DNA of 64,000 nucleotides from Armatimonadota bacterium (GCA_037444405.1 JBBIML010000011.1:64001-128000), one strand, 5' to 3'; positions 1 to 10,144 are shown, numbered from the stretch's first letter. Notes: a model not told the origin generated them from the sequence alone. Made by a program: numbers and translations.

Positions 1-137
1 CCGGCAACCGCGCCGGCAGAATCCTGCGCAAGGGTCACTGAGGTTTGATACCAATCGGGCAGTCCGCGTATCACGGGCTTGCCGTGACAGATGTTCGGGT
101 CACGCGTGATTCGGCTCAACGGCTCGTTTGCTTCCAT
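1..137 (-). pseudogene. DUF433-family (antitoxin-like) N-terminal fragment, runs off the window edge
   Basis: GGAGA RBS, then ATG at 137 giving MEANEPLSRITRDPNICHGKPVIRGL, the typical DUF433 start. Similarity seems to stop after IRGL. Confidence 0.5.
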
Positions 138-185
138 CAGGTATCTCCCGCTATCTTTGCGCCAGTTGCTGTCTGGTGAGGAGTT

Positions 186-1157
186 TCACTCGCTTTGAGG
201 CGGTTCGGGCGCGCGCTCGCGGCTGGGTTCGGGTGCCAGGCGCTCGATGCGTACCTGCACCTGCACCTCGCGCGCGCCAATAATCTCGACCCCGCGCGGC
301 ACCTGCAGCGGCACTTTGAGCGTGGCGTCCTGCGTCAGGTTGCGAAGCGAGATGGGCGCGGTCTCGATCACATTAATCTCCTTCAGGCGACCGGGGCTGC
401 CCCGCACCTGCACCGCGACTGGCTCCACCGCGAACCATGCCACCCGATAGGGGAACTGGGGCAGCTCGCCCAGTCGCGGGCTGACCGGCACCGTCTTGAC
501 CGTCGGCTGCGGGATCAAGCGTAGTTTAAGGCGCACGCTCGCCGGGTTCAACTGCACGCTCAACACGGGGTTGCCCGCGCTATCTAATGCCATCGGGGTG
601 ATGTCCACTTCGATATCACCCTGCAAGCCTGTCAGGTCAAAGGGCACCAGCACCTGCTGGATGCGGCGCACTTCGCTCACCGTGCCGCTCACCCGAATGC
701 TGCCAGGCTCCGTAAAAGCCTCTGCCAGCACCTCGCGCACTTCGGGCGTGCCCGTGAGGCGCACGCGCACAGGCAGCTGGCGCGTCAGGCGCGGCTCGAT
801 CATCACCCGCACGCGCTGTCGCTCCGCCTGCAAGCTCAACTCACCGTTCCAGCCCGGCGGGTACTGCAGGGTGATGGGCAGCCAGTTCTCGCCCGGCTTC
901 GCCATGCGCAGATCGACGGCGGCGCGAATGCGATCCGCGCTGGTTGCCTCCACCACCTCCTTGACCCCACGCAGCGTGACGCGCACGCGCGGGCTACCCT
1001 CCAGCCGCACCTCGTATCCAGCGGGCGCGTTCAGCAACTCAATCGGCACTTCGTAGGCGCGCTCCACCATCGGGTGCAGCTGCGACTGCACATACAGCAC
1101 CAGCACGATCGCGATAATCAGCGAGCCAATCTTCTCGATAAGGTTCTGTCGTAGCAT
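186..1157 (-). CDS. cdaR: CdaR/YbbR-family diadenylate cyclase regulator
   Basis: N-terminal TM (KIGSLIIAIVLVLYV) and repeated YbbR-like segments (VRVTLRG, VEPxxVxVxG). Directly downstream of cdaA. Confidence 0.85.
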   Translation of the reverse strand: MLRQNLIEKIGSLIIAIVLVLYVQSQLHPMVERAYEVPIELLNAPAGYEVRLEGSPRVRVTLRGVKEVVEATSADRIRAAVDLRMAKPGENWLPITLQYPPGWNGELSLQAERQRVRVMIEPRLTRQLPVRVRLTGTPEVREVLAEAFTEPGSIRVSGTVSEVRRIQQVLVPFDLTGLQGDIEVDITPMALDSAGNPVLSVQLNPASVRLKLRLIPQPTVKTVPVSPRLGELPQFPYRVAWFAVEPVAVQVRGSPGRLKEINVIETAPISLRNLTQDATLKVPLQVPRGVEIIGAREVQVQVRIERLAPEPSRERAPEPPQSE

Positions 1158-1169
1158 CGCGGTTCTCCG

Positions 1170-2123
1170 TCAGCCTTTTCTGACCTGCTGTCCACTTCCC
1201 TCACTTGCCGCGTGGGAGAGGGGCTGGGGGTGAGGGTTATCCTTCTCGCCCGCAGGCTCGGATGAGGAGTTCACCGTGCGCTGTGGCGCGCGCATGCGGG
1301 TGGAGAAGGCGTGCCCCACGCGCCGCAACAGGCGCGGGCGCGTCTCACCAATCAACAGATCGATCAGCAGGCGGCGCAGATGCTCACCGTCCACATTCTG
1401 CGTCCACGCGCCGTCCACCGCCACCGTGATCTGACCCGTCTCCTCCGATACGATAATCGCGATGCAGTCGGCGTTCTCGGTCGCGCCGATGCCCGCGCGA
1501 TGGCGCGTGTGCAGCGTGTCGGGGATAGCAGGGTTCTCACTGATCTCGCTGAAGTAGACGGCAGCCTCCACAATCTGGTTGCCTCGCAAAATCACGGCGC
1601 CATCGTGCAGGGGCGAACCCGGATAGAAAATCGTGCGCAACAGCGGCGCGCTCACCTCCGCCTGAACCTCGATGCCGCGCCCCTCCGCCACCGTGTCCTG
1701 ACGCTCCCAGACAATCAACGCGCCGATGCGGTCACGCGCCATCTGTTGCACGGCGGTGACCACCTGATCGATGGCGCGGCGCAGCGGCTCCCCTTCACTG
1801 CCGCCAAAGCTGGCACGCCAGAACTCCACGCGCCCAATCGTCTCCAGCCCCCGCCGCAACTCCGGGAAAAACAGGATGACCAGCGCCACTGGCCCCAGTG
1901 TGGTGGCGCGATCGAGCAACCAGTGAATCGTCTCCAGGCGCATCAGGTCGCTCAAGTAGAGCGCCAGCGAGAAGATGAGCAGCCCGATCAGCACCTGGTA
2001 GGCGCGCGTGCCTTTCGCCAGCAACAGCAGCCGATAAATCAAATATGCCACCAGCAGCGTGTCGAGAGCCAGCAGCAGCCAGCGTGAAGAGAGATGCTCG
2101 ATAAACCTCAGCCAGTCGCTCAA
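1170..2123 (-). CDS. cdaA: Membrane diadenylate cyclase CdaA (DisA_N domain)
   Basis: Three N-terminal TMs, then GALIV, PLHDGAVI (DGA motif), TRHRAG (RHR motif) and IIVSEETG. Confidence 0.93.
   Translation of the reverse strand: MSDWLRFIEHLSSRWLLLALDTLLVAYLIYRLLLLAKGTRAYQVLIGLLIFSLALYLSDLMRLETIHWLLDRATTLGPVALVILFFPELRRGLETIGRVEFWRASFGGSEGEPLRRAIDQVVTAVQQMARDRIGALIVWERQDTVAEGRGIEVQAEVSAPLLRTIFYPGSPLHDGAVILRGNQIVEAAVYFSEISENPAIPDTLHTRHRAGIGATENADCIAIIVSEETGQITVAVDGAWTQNVDGEHLRRLLIDLLIGETRPRLLRRVGHAFSTRMRAPQRTVNSSSEPAGEKDNPHPQPLSHAASEGSGQQVRKG
1194..1238 (-). repeat. CCCTCACCC/CCCTCTCCC..GGGAGAGGG-family palindromic repeat inside the cdaA 3' end
   Basis: Minus strand reads CCCTCACCCCCAGCCCCTCTCCCACGCGGCAAGTGAGGGAAG and is translated as PHPQPLSHAASEG. 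Matches copies at 4846, 7790, 7840 and 37586. Confidence 0.75.
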
Positions 2124-2175
2124 TCCACCACCTCACCCTATATTATAACCGACGGCGAAGCGGTATAATAAGAGT

Positions 2176-2519
<344 letters not shown>

Positions 2520-2520
2520 C

Positions 2521-2552
2521 TTGACTCGACACTCGACTGCAGAGTGTATCCT
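2521..2552 (+). promoter_or_regulatory. MerR-type promoter/operator with a long spacer
   Basis: TTGACT-N20-TATCCT with dyad ACACTC-N7-GAGTGT in the spacer, just upstream of a MerR gene. Confidence 0.75.
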
Positions 2553-2562
2553 GAATCGCACG

Positions 2563-3216
2563 ATGGCACGGCTCTGGCAGATTGGGGAGATGGCGAAACG
2601 GGCGGGTGTGAAGGTCTCCACCCTGCGCTATTATGACGCCTGTGGACTGCTTCCGCCCGCTTATCGCGCCGAATCGGGCTACCGCCTCTACGCCCCACAG
2701 CAGCTGGAGCGGCTCCAGTTCATTCTGGAGGCGAAACGGCTGGGGCTGAACCTGCGCCAGATTCGGCAGATTCTGACACTCAGCGACGCGGGCGAGCAAC
2801 CGTGCGAGCGAGTTGCGCTCCTGCTCCAGCGCATGGTGGCGCGACTCGACGAGCGGATCGCCCAGCTACGGGCGCGGCGCGACGCCCTGCTGTACGCCCT
2901 GTCGCACGCCCAGCGCACTGGTTCGCCATTCCCCTGCGCGTTGCTGACCACTGCCATCGACTATCAACGGAGGTGTTCCGAAATGGCGCGTACCATCGAA
3001 GTGTTCACAGCGGGCTGCCCCCTGTGTGATGAGGCGGTGCAGCGGGTGCGGAACGCGGTCGCTCACTGCGGCTGCACGGTCATCACCCGCGCGCCCGACA
3101 GCCCCGAAGCACAACAGTATGGCATTCGGGCAGTGCCCGCGATTGTTGTAGACGGGCAACTGGTCTTCACAGGGCTGCCCACGCAGGAGCAGGCGAACGC
3201 CTTGCTCAGTCGCTAA
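2563..3216 (+). CDS. MerR-family metal-responsive regulator fused in frame to a thioredoxin/glutaredoxin-like domain
   Basis: WQIGEMAKRAGVKVSTLRYYD HTH, GYRLY, PCERV and PCALL. C-terminal IEVFTAGCPLC...YGIRAVPAIVVDG. Confidence 0.85.
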   Translation: MARLWQIGEMAKRAGVKVSTLRYYDACGLLPPAYRAESGYRLYAPQQLERLQFILEAKRLGLNLRQIRQILTLSDAGEQPCERVALLLQRMVARLDERIAQLRARRDALLYALSHAQRTGSPFPCALLTTAIDYQRRCSEMARTIEVFTAGCPLCDEAVQRVRNAVAHCGCTVITRAPDSPEAQQYGIRAVPAIVVDGQLVFTGLPTQEQANALLSR

Positions 3217-3360
3217 CATGCTGGGGGCAGAGGGGAGATACCCTCTGCCCACTGCACAGGTAGGGAGATGCAACCGCCTATTAGGGGCGGGAATCCACAC
3301 TGCGATGTGGTATAATGGAAATCGGGCGGCAAGCGTTGCCAGCCCCAGAAAAGGGGGTCG

Positions 3361-4248
3361 ATGACGATGATGAGACGAGCGCTTTTGCTGATTGGCGCGC
3401 TGCTTGCGGGCAGCGCAACGGCGCAGTGCCTGCTGACCGACTTCGAGGGCTACACGGTTGGCTCCAACGGCATCGTGATGTTTCGCCAGCCCAGCTTCTC
3501 CGGCTCCACGGCAGGTTTCCTTGCCTACACCGGTTCCTGCAGTCTCGGACCCAACTGCTCCATCATCTCCGACGAGCAGAACCATACGGCGAACGGTTCC
3601 CAGTCACTGAAGGTGGTGTGGCAGTTCACTGGGACGGCATCGAACGCCTGGCTGAGGCTGACCACCTTCAACACCTTGAACCTGCCCAACCCCACCATCG
3701 ATTTCAGCCACAAGCTGGTGGTGTGGGTCTATGTGCCGAGTGGCACGCCCGACTTCTATCTGACGCTGGGCGTGCGCGAGACTGGCAGCACCGCTGGTTG
3801 TGGCGGGAACGGAGGTACCTCGGGCGGCATCGAATGGGTTGGCGCCACCTCCGGGTATCCACCCGTCGGCAAGCTGATCGACCAGAAAGACCAGTGGGTG
3901 CGGGTGGAGTTCGACATCCCGAATGAGCCGCTGGTCGCCTTCGCAGGGAGCACTGCCAACGGCATCCTGGACACCACAACAGGCACGCTGGAGCATCTGG
4001 CGTTCACACCTGTGGACCCGTTTCTAACCGACATCTACACGGTCTATCTGGACGACATCGAGACGATAGCGGCGGGTATTCCGGGTGATGTGAACGGCGA
4101 CGGCTGCGTGGACGACGCGGACCTGCTGGCGGTGCTGTTCGCCTTCGGGCAGTCGGGCAGTGGCTTGCCTGAGGATGTGAACGGCGACGGCGTGGTGGAC
4201 GACGCCGACCTGCTCACAGTGCTGTTCAACTTCGGGCAGGGCTGCTGA
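3361..4248 (+). CDS. Secreted beta-rich protein with a C-terminal dockerin-like double Ca-binding tag
   Basis: Signal peptide (RRALLLIGALLAGSATA). C-terminus is GDVNGDGCVDDADLL...EDVNGDGVVDDADLLTVLFNFGQGC. Confidence 0.75.
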   Translation: MTMMRRALLLIGALLAGSATAQCLLTDFEGYTVGSNGIVMFRQPSFSGSTAGFLAYTGSCSLGPNCSIISDEQNHTANGSQSLKVVWQFTGTASNAWLRLTTFNTLNLPNPTIDFSHKLVVWVYVPSGTPDFYLTLGVRETGSTAGCGGNGGTSGGIEWVGATSGYPPVGKLIDQKDQWVRVEFDIPNEPLVAFAGSTANGILDTTTGTLEHLAFTPVDPFLTDIYTVYLDDIETIAAGIPGDVNGDGCVDDADLLAVLFAFGQSGSGLPEDVNGDGVVDDADLLTVLFNFGQGC

Positions 4249-4251
4249 ATC

Positions 4252-6786
4252 TCAGGCGGCATGCTGTTGCTGGGCGGCGGCGGGCAGGCGCAGGATGAAG
4301 CAGGCGCCTGCTGGCGAATCACCTAACAGCAGTGTGCCACCATGCTTTTGCGCAATCTCCAACGAGATCGACAGCCCCAGCCCCGTACCTTTGCCCGGCT
4401 CTTTGGTGGTGAAGAAGGGGTCAAAAATCTGCATACGCAGGTCGGGCGGCACGCCCGGACCGTTATCCTGCACGCAGAGTTCGACCCATTCGCGCCCGCT
4501 TTCCTGCACGCGGCGCGTGCGGATGACCACGCGCCCATCAGGCTGACCCTCCAGCGCGTCGCGCGCGTTGGTCAGTAAGTTAATCACCACCTGCTCCAGC
4601 GAGTTCGGCTCGCCCAGCACGGGCGGAAGGCTGGATTCGTATTCTTCTACCAGTTCAATCCCGCGCTGGTGGAGCTGCTCCCGCAGCAAAATGAGCGCGT
4701 TCTCGGCGACGGTGTTCAGATTCACAGGCTCCCTGTCGACGCGCGGCTTGCGGGCAAAGGTGCGCAGGTGCAGGATAATCTGGCTCATGCGCTGGGTCTG
4801 ACGCTCGATAATGCGCATGTCGTCCAGCAGCTGACGAATCCATGTCCCCTCACCCGTACCCTCTCCTCCGCTGGGGGAGAGGGATTGGAGGCGGCTCAGC
4901 ATCTGAATCGTTTGTTGCGCAACGCCGCGGATAATCGCCAGCGGCTGATTGAGCTCGTGCGCGACGCCCGATGCCAGCGTGCCCAGTGAAGCGAGCTTGG
5001 AGGTCTGCACCAGCTGGGCTTCCGCCTTCACGAGGGCGTCCACCATCTGGTTGAACGAATCAGCCAGCTCCTGCAGTTCGGGCGCGTTGCGCGTGGGCAG
5101 CTGCACGCGCCGGCTCAAATCGCCCCCTGCAATCGTCTGCGTCGCCTCCACCAGCGCCCTCAATGGCATGTTAATCGTGCGGTACAGATAGAGGGAACCC
5201 CACAGCATGAACAGCAGCATGCACATCAGCCCCACCAGCGAGGCGTTGATCATCTGGTCTTTCAGCTGGTTCTGAAGGGTTGCTGTGAGCGCGGTAAACT
5301 GCCGGGAGAGGTCAGACAGATGCGCCAGCTGGGACAGCTCCTGCTGGAGGTGGTGCTGGCTCTGCAGGAGGGAGCGGGTCAGCATCTGATCCATGCCTCG
5401 CTGGGCAGCTTTCTGCTGGGCGTCCAGCATGCGGGTCGCCTCCTGGCGCGTTTGCTGCTCGGCACGCTGGATCGCCTGCTGAAGCTGACGGTGGTGCTGA
5501 ACCATCTGCTGACTGACCTGCCTTGAGGCTTGCTGGCGAATCCGCAGGATGGTGTTGTCCAGCGCCTGCTGCTGTTGCTGGCGCGCTTGCAGAAAGTGGC
5601 TTTGCAGGGCGGTCGCCAGTCGGAACGCCTCATCGGTGGGCTGTACTGCGATCAGGCAGGCGTTCAGGCTGGGAATGGGCGCCAGCGCGACCAGCCAGCC
5701 GTTAATCTCCTGCAGGCGTGGGTTCATCGAGCCGGCATCGGTGATGAGCGGGGCGAACTGGGTCTCCTGTTGCCCGATTCGGCGCGCGTCGGGGTGAGCC
5801 AGGATCAGCCCGTCAGCGGTGCAGAGCATCGCGTAGCCATGCTGACCGATGCGGAAGGTTCGGATAAGCGCGTTCAGGTTGTCCATCGCGACGAGTGCGC
5901 CGACCGCGCCACGCAGCTCCACACCCCGCTCGCGCACGGGCACCAGTACAGGCACCACCGGCTCCGGTCCATCGCCTGTGTCCACCATCACCACCTCGCC
6001 CACCACAGGCTCGCCCCGATGGGTCATCTCCTGCCAGAGCTGGTTCGTTACGGGCTTGAGCCTCTCTTCGGGCGCGGGGAAATCGCTGATGGTGAGCAGC
6101 TTCTCATTGGTGGCGTTGCGCAGGCACAGCAGGCGATAGGACGGCTCGCGGTCCTGCAGGGCGCGCAGAATCCACTCGCTTTCCTGCAGGTCGGCTCGCT
6201 GCAGAGCGGGCTGCTGGGCGATCAGGGTCAGCTGGGTCAGCGCGCTCTGAATGGCGGCGTTGACCTGACGGCTCAGGTTCACTGTCAGGTTCAGGTTGGT
6301 CTGCTCAATCTGCTGGCGAATGGCATCGCGGCTGGTGTCGGCGGCGCTGGTCTCCAGCTGGCGAAGCGCCTGGGATTGCGAGCGGGCAATCCCCTCAGCG
6401 GTGGTGTCCAGCGTTTGCAGCAGCGTGCGCGCGATGCCCGCCTGCAGGCTTTCGGTGCTGGATGCCGTGCGTTGCCCCAGCGTGCCCAGCGCCTTCCCAA
6501 TCAGCTGGCTCTGCTGGCGTGCGAGCTGGCTCTGTTGCAGGCTCAAATCCCGATTGATCTGTTCGCGCACGGTGGTGAAGGTTTCCGTTAGCAGGGTCTG
6601 CGTTGAGCCTTCGATCCAGTGGCGATAGTCCTGCAGAGACGCCTGCGTCTGCTGCTGGAACTGCTTCATGGTGTCGCGTAGCTGGCGGCTCAGATAGAAC
6701 ATCACCAGCGTTGCGCCTATCAGAGCGGGCACAGCAGCCGCCAGCGTGTACAACAGCATCAACCGATGTCGCAAGCCCATCTTCAT
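4252..6786 (-). CDS. Sensor histidine kinase (TM, long helical stalk, Cache-like, TM, HAMP, HisKA, HATPase)
   Basis: H-box GVAHELNQPL, N-box QVVINLLTNARDA, DNGPG, FDPFFTTK and GTGLGL. Cache-like GYAMLCTADGLILAHPD. Confidence 0.92.
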   Translation of the reverse strand: MKMGLRHRLMLLYTLAAAVPALIGATLVMFYLSRQLRDTMKQFQQQTQASLQDYRHWIEGSTQTLLTETFTTVREQINRDLSLQQSQLARQQSQLIGKALGTLGQRTASSTESLQAGIARTLLQTLDTTAEGIARSQSQALRQLETSAADTSRDAIRQQIEQTNLNLTVNLSRQVNAAIQSALTQLTLIAQQPALQRADLQESEWILRALQDREPSYRLLCLRNATNEKLLTISDFPAPEERLKPVTNQLWQEMTHRGEPVVGEVVMVDTGDGPEPVVPVLVPVRERGVELRGAVGALVAMDNLNALIRTFRIGQHGYAMLCTADGLILAHPDARRIGQQETQFAPLITDAGSMNPRLQEINGWLVALAPIPSLNACLIAVQPTDEAFRLATALQSHFLQARQQQQQALDNTILRIRQQASRQVSQQMVQHHRQLQQAIQRAEQQTRQEATRMLDAQQKAAQRGMDQMLTRSLLQSQHHLQQELSQLAHLSDLSRQFTALTATLQNQLKDQMINASLVGLMCMLLFMLWGSLYLYRTINMPLRALVEATQTIAGGDLSRRVQLPTRNAPELQELADSFNQMVDALVKAEAQLVQTSKLASLGTLASGVAHELNQPLAIIRGVAQQTIQMLSRLQSLSPSGGEGTGEGTWIRQLLDDMRIIERQTQRMSQIILHLRTFARKPRVDREPVNLNTVAENALILLREQLHQRGIELVEEYESSLPPVLGEPNSLEQVVINLLTNARDALEGQPDGRVVIRTRRVQESGREWVELCVQDNGPGVPPDLRMQIFDPFFTTKEPGKGTGLGLSISLEIAQKHGGTLLLGDSPAGACFILRLPAAAQQQHAA
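4846..4884 (+). repeat. Same palindromic repeat inserted in frame in the kinase DHp loop
   Basis: CCCCTCACCCGTACCCTCTCCTCCGCTGGGGGAGAGGGA, read on the minus strand as SLSPSGGEGTGEG. Confidence 0.8.
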
Positions 6787-7775
6787 TGCTCGTACACCCT
6801 ATCTGCCAAATTGAGCAGCGTGCTGGGGATTGTGATGCCCAGCTGGTGGGCGATTTTCAGGTTGTAGGCGGTGCGCAGGCGGCGCGGGGTCAGCAGCGGC
6901 ATCGCGGCGGGGTCTGCCCCATGCAGCAACTGGTCGACCAGCTCGGCGGCGGCAACGCCCTGGTCCGTGAAGTCGACGCCGACCGCAACCAGCGCGCCGC
7001 GCTTCACATAGGTCTCGGCAAAGGCGATCAGGGGCAGTTTGTGCTGGATGGCGAACGCCGCAATCTGTTCGAAAGGCTGCGGTGCCGCGCACACAGGGTC
7101 TGGAATCAGCCAGAGTGCGTCGATTTTGCCCGCGAGGTCGCTCAGGGCGCGGGGGATGTCCTGTGCTGTGCGCGCTTCAAGCGCGATTAACTCCAGCCCA
7201 TGCGGTCGGGTGTCCTCGCGCGCCTGCTCGATCAATCGGCGTGAGGTGGCGTCGTCGGGATTATAGAGGGCGCCGATGCGACGGATGCCAGGCGCGAGGT
7301 CCTGCAGGAGCTGGAACTGGCGCTGGGGGCGGACGGTGAGCGCGACGCCCGCAAAGCGCGTGCCACTGAACTTCGCGCTCTCAATCAGCCCCTCCGCCAC
7401 CGGGTCCAGCACCATCAGAAACACCACAGGCGGCTGGCGTTCGGGCGGCAGCTGGCGATAGTGTTGCTGGAGGGCGCGGGTGGCGTCGGTGCCCACCGCC
7501 ACAATCACCTTCGGCTGACGCCTGAGAATCGCCTCCACCGGGTCTTCACGCGGGCGGGGGTTCAGCGTCAGGGTGAGGTACTCGATATTGACGCCCGCGC
7601 GATAGCCGCGCTGGGTTAGTTCGCCTGTCAGCCCGCTGAGCGCCTGCTCGTAGAGGCTCCCCTCTCCGCTTTGCAGGATGGCAACCAGTGGGCGCTCGGC
7701 GAAGGCAGCCCCTGTGCCGATGCTCCACACCAGCCCCATCCACATCCCTGTCCAGAGCGATTTCCCGATTTGCAT
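6783..7775 (-). CDS. ABC-type substrate-binding protein (ABC_sub_bind-like), no permease nearby
   Basis: Signal peptide ending AAFA, VIVAVGT, VFLMVLDP, IGALYNP, DALWLIPDP, VKRGALVAVGVDF.DQG. Start re-picked at MQIGK because the longer frame begins inside a repeat. Confidence 0.8.
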   Translation of the reverse strand: MQIGKSLWTGMWMGLVWSIGTGAAFAERPLVAILQSGEGSLYEQALSGLTGELTQRGYRAGVNIEYLTLTLNPRPREDPVEAILRRQPKVIVAVGTDATRALQQHYRQLPPERQPPVVFLMVLDPVAEGLIESAKFSGTRFAGVALTVRPQRQFQLLQDLAPGIRRIGALYNPDDATSRRLIEQAREDTRPHGLELIALEARTAQDIPRALSDLAGKIDALWLIPDPVCAAPQPFEQIAAFAIQHKLPLIAFAETYVKRGALVAVGVDFTDQGVAAAELVDQLLHGADPAAMPLLTPRRLRTAYNLKIAHQLGITIPSTLLNLADRVYEQ

Positions 7776-7789
7776 GGCAGATTGAGCAG

Positions 7790-7881
7790 CCCTCACCCAC
7801 TGCCCCCTCTCCCACAGCGTGGGAGAGGGGGCAACAAGTCCCTCTCCCACGCCTGCGGGGGAGAGGGTATGGGTGAGGGGG
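7790..7881. repeat. Inverted pair of the palindromic repeat (intergenic)
   Basis: CCCTCACCCACTGCCCCCTCTCCCACAGCGTGGGAGAGGGGGCA (+), followed by an opposite-orientation copy ending GGGTGAGGGGG. Confidence 0.85.
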
Positions 7882-7892
7882 CTACCACCACT

Positions 7893-9782
7893 TCACCAGT
7901 CGCGTTGCCAGGTGAACCACAGACTGCGCCGACCGCCAGGCACTCGCCACGCCATCTCCGTGCGCACATTGAACAGGTTATCGATGCGCAGGTTCCAGCG
8001 GTTGCGGGCATCACTGCGATAGGACAGGTTCAGAAAGGTGTTCCATGCATAGGCGTTGGTGCGCCCCATGCCGACGGCGGGATAGGTGAAGGCAATCTGT
8101 GCGCTCAGCCCGCGCGATTGGTACCGCGCCAGCCGAACCACCGCCCGATCACGGGCGGGCTTATAGTCCTCCTGAATATTGCCCCGATAGTTGACGCGCA
8201 TGTAACCCACTGCCAGCTCCGCGAAGTTGAACAGGGAGCCTGCCAGTTCCACGCTCCAGCCGTCGATTCGGATACGCCCCACATTCTGATACTGTCGCAG
8301 ATAGGGGTCGCTGGGGTCTACCAGAAACACCGTGATGGCGTCGCGCACATCCTGTCGGAAGTAAGCCACATCCCATCGCCAGCCTGTGGGCATTATTCGC
8401 TTCCAGCCCAGCTCGTAGCTGACCACCACTTCGGGCTTATTATCGGGCGAGCCGTTGACCCGGAAGGGCACCGCCACCCAGTTCGTGCCGTCGAAGACGG
8501 GCGTCCAGACGAAGAAGTTGCTGACAAAGAGTGCGGCGAAGGAGGGTGCGCGGAACGCCCGCCCGATGGACGCGCGCAGCACATCGTGCCCGCTGGCGTG
8601 ATAGACCAGCCCGGCGCGCGGGCTGAGCTGATTGCCGTAGATGGAGTGGGCATCGAAGCGCAGCCCCAGCATCGGTTGCCAGCGTGCCCTGCGCCATTCG
8701 CCCTGCAGAAAGAGCGCGAAGTTGCTGGCGGAATGGGAGCCGTTCAGCAATCGCCCGCTGGCACGCATCAGGCGGAAATCGCCCCCTGTTAACATCTCCG
8801 CCTGACCCCATGGGAAGCGCCAATAGGTCTCCAGCCCCAGCATCTGCTGGTCGAAGGCGCGTCGCTCGCGCGTGTTCAGCGCGAAGGTGGGCGGCTGCGT
8901 GCGCAGGAAATCGAGTTCGCCCGCCATGCCATAGAAGCGGGCAATCTGCTGGCTCCTGCCCCGCGGCTGGCTCCACTCCGCCTGCCAGTAGTGACTGCGC
9001 GGCTGGAGGCGGTCATATGGTGTTGGGAACAGCCCGTAGCGCATGCCGACGCTGCCTCGATCCATATCAACATAGGCGTAATGGAGGTTCCACCGGCTGG
9101 AGCGCGCGTTGATCATCAGTGAGCGCACGAGGGTGTCGTTGTTGCGCACGCGGTCGCTGCCCGGATCGCGCCAGTAGGACGCCTGCACGCCGTACCGCCA
9201 GCCCGAATCAGCCGGGCTGACCCAGCGCAACGAGGCGTTATAGCCGTTGCGTGCCGTGTAGCCGTTATAAAAGGAGGACTGCCCGGCTTTGCCATGCGCC
9301 GTGATGATGTTCACCACGCCCGCCAGCGCGTTCGGTCCGTACATCGCCGAGCCAGGACCGAACGCCGCCTCGATGCGCTCCACATCGTGCGTGCTGATTG
9401 CCATCGCTGGGAAGTTGCCCAGAATCGGGTCGTTCAGCGGGATGCCGTCCAGCAGAAAGAGCGTGCGCTCGTTGAACTCCGACGAAGTGTACGCCCCGCG
9501 CGTGCTTAAAAAGCGGTGAATCGACGCCTCGTTGCCCTCGAAGTCGGCGACCATGCGCTCCAGCAGCTCCTGCACCGTCTGCGCGCCCGATAGCTCGACC
9601 TCGCGGCGGGTCAGCACGCGCACGGTGGTGAACGATTCGGAAACTTTGTGTTCGGTGCGGGTGGCGGTCCGGACCACCTCCTGCGGATCGGCAAAGAGCC
9701 ATTCGGCGGTCGCCGAAGTACGCTGGGCGTTCAGCCCCGCGCAGAGCGCCATGCCTGCCCAGAAAATCGCTATCTTTCTCAT
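7893..9782 (-). CDS. TonB-dependent outer-membrane receptor
   Basis: Signal peptide, plug motifs (VRTATRTE, LLDGIPL, VERIEAAFGPGSAMYGPNALAGVVNIIT), RIDNLFN and a terminal aromatic residue (WQRDW). Confidence 0.9.
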   Translation of the reverse strand: MRKIAIFWAGMALCAGLNAQRTSATAEWLFADPQEVVRTATRTEHKVSESFTTVRVLTRREVELSGAQTVQELLERMVADFEGNEASIHRFLSTRGAYTSSEFNERTLFLLDGIPLNDPILGNFPAMAISTHDVERIEAAFGPGSAMYGPNALAGVVNIITAHGKAGQSSFYNGYTARNGYNASLRWVSPADSGWRYGVQASYWRDPGSDRVRNNDTLVRSLMINARSSRWNLHYAYVDMDRGSVGMRYGLFPTPYDRLQPRSHYWQAEWSQPRGRSQQIARFYGMAGELDFLRTQPPTFALNTRERRAFDQQMLGLETYWRFPWGQAEMLTGGDFRLMRASGRLLNGSHSASNFALFLQGEWRRARWQPMLGLRFDAHSIYGNQLSPRAGLVYHASGHDVLRASIGRAFRAPSFAALFVSNFFVWTPVFDGTNWVAVPFRVNGSPDNKPEVVVSYELGWKRIMPTGWRWDVAYFRQDVRDAITVFLVDPSDPYLRQYQNVGRIRIDGWSVELAGSLFNFAELAVGYMRVNYRGNIQEDYKPARDRAVVRLARYQSRGLSAQIAFTYPAVGMGRTNAYAWNTFLNLSYRSDARNRWNLRIDNLFNVRTEMAWRVPGGRRSLWFTWQRDW

Positions 9783-10144
9783 GCTGCACACCTCACCGTC
9801 CAGATGTTCTGGAGAACCTGCCGCACCTCGCTCAGGTCGAAGGGCTTCACAAGCGTGGCGAAAACCCATTCGGCAGTCCCATCCTCCAGAAAGGCGTCGG
9901 GATAGCTATCCATCACCACGATAGGCAATGTGGGGTAGCGCTGGTGGGCAATCTGCACGAGCGTGACGCCGCTCATCAGGGGCATGTGGGTGTCGGTGAT
10001 CAGCACATCGACCGCTTCACGCTCCAGAATGTCGAGCGCTTCACAGCCGTTGCCCGCAAGCAACACCTGATGCCCCTCATCCTGCAGCACACTGCTCAGT
10101 AGGAACTGCACCATCGGCTCGTCATCCACCACCAGCACTGTCAT
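9779..10144 (-). CDS. Single-domain response regulator (REC)
   Basis: VLVVDDE, DVLITDTHMPLMSG and KPF. Overlaps the receptor start by 4 bp. Confidence 0.9.
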   Translation of the reverse strand: MTVLVVDDEPMVQFLLSSVLQDEGHQVLLAGNGCEALDILEREAVDVLITDTHMPLMSGVTLVQIAHQRYPTLPIVVMDSYPDAFLEDGTAEWVFATLVKPFDLSEVRQVLQNIWTVRCAA

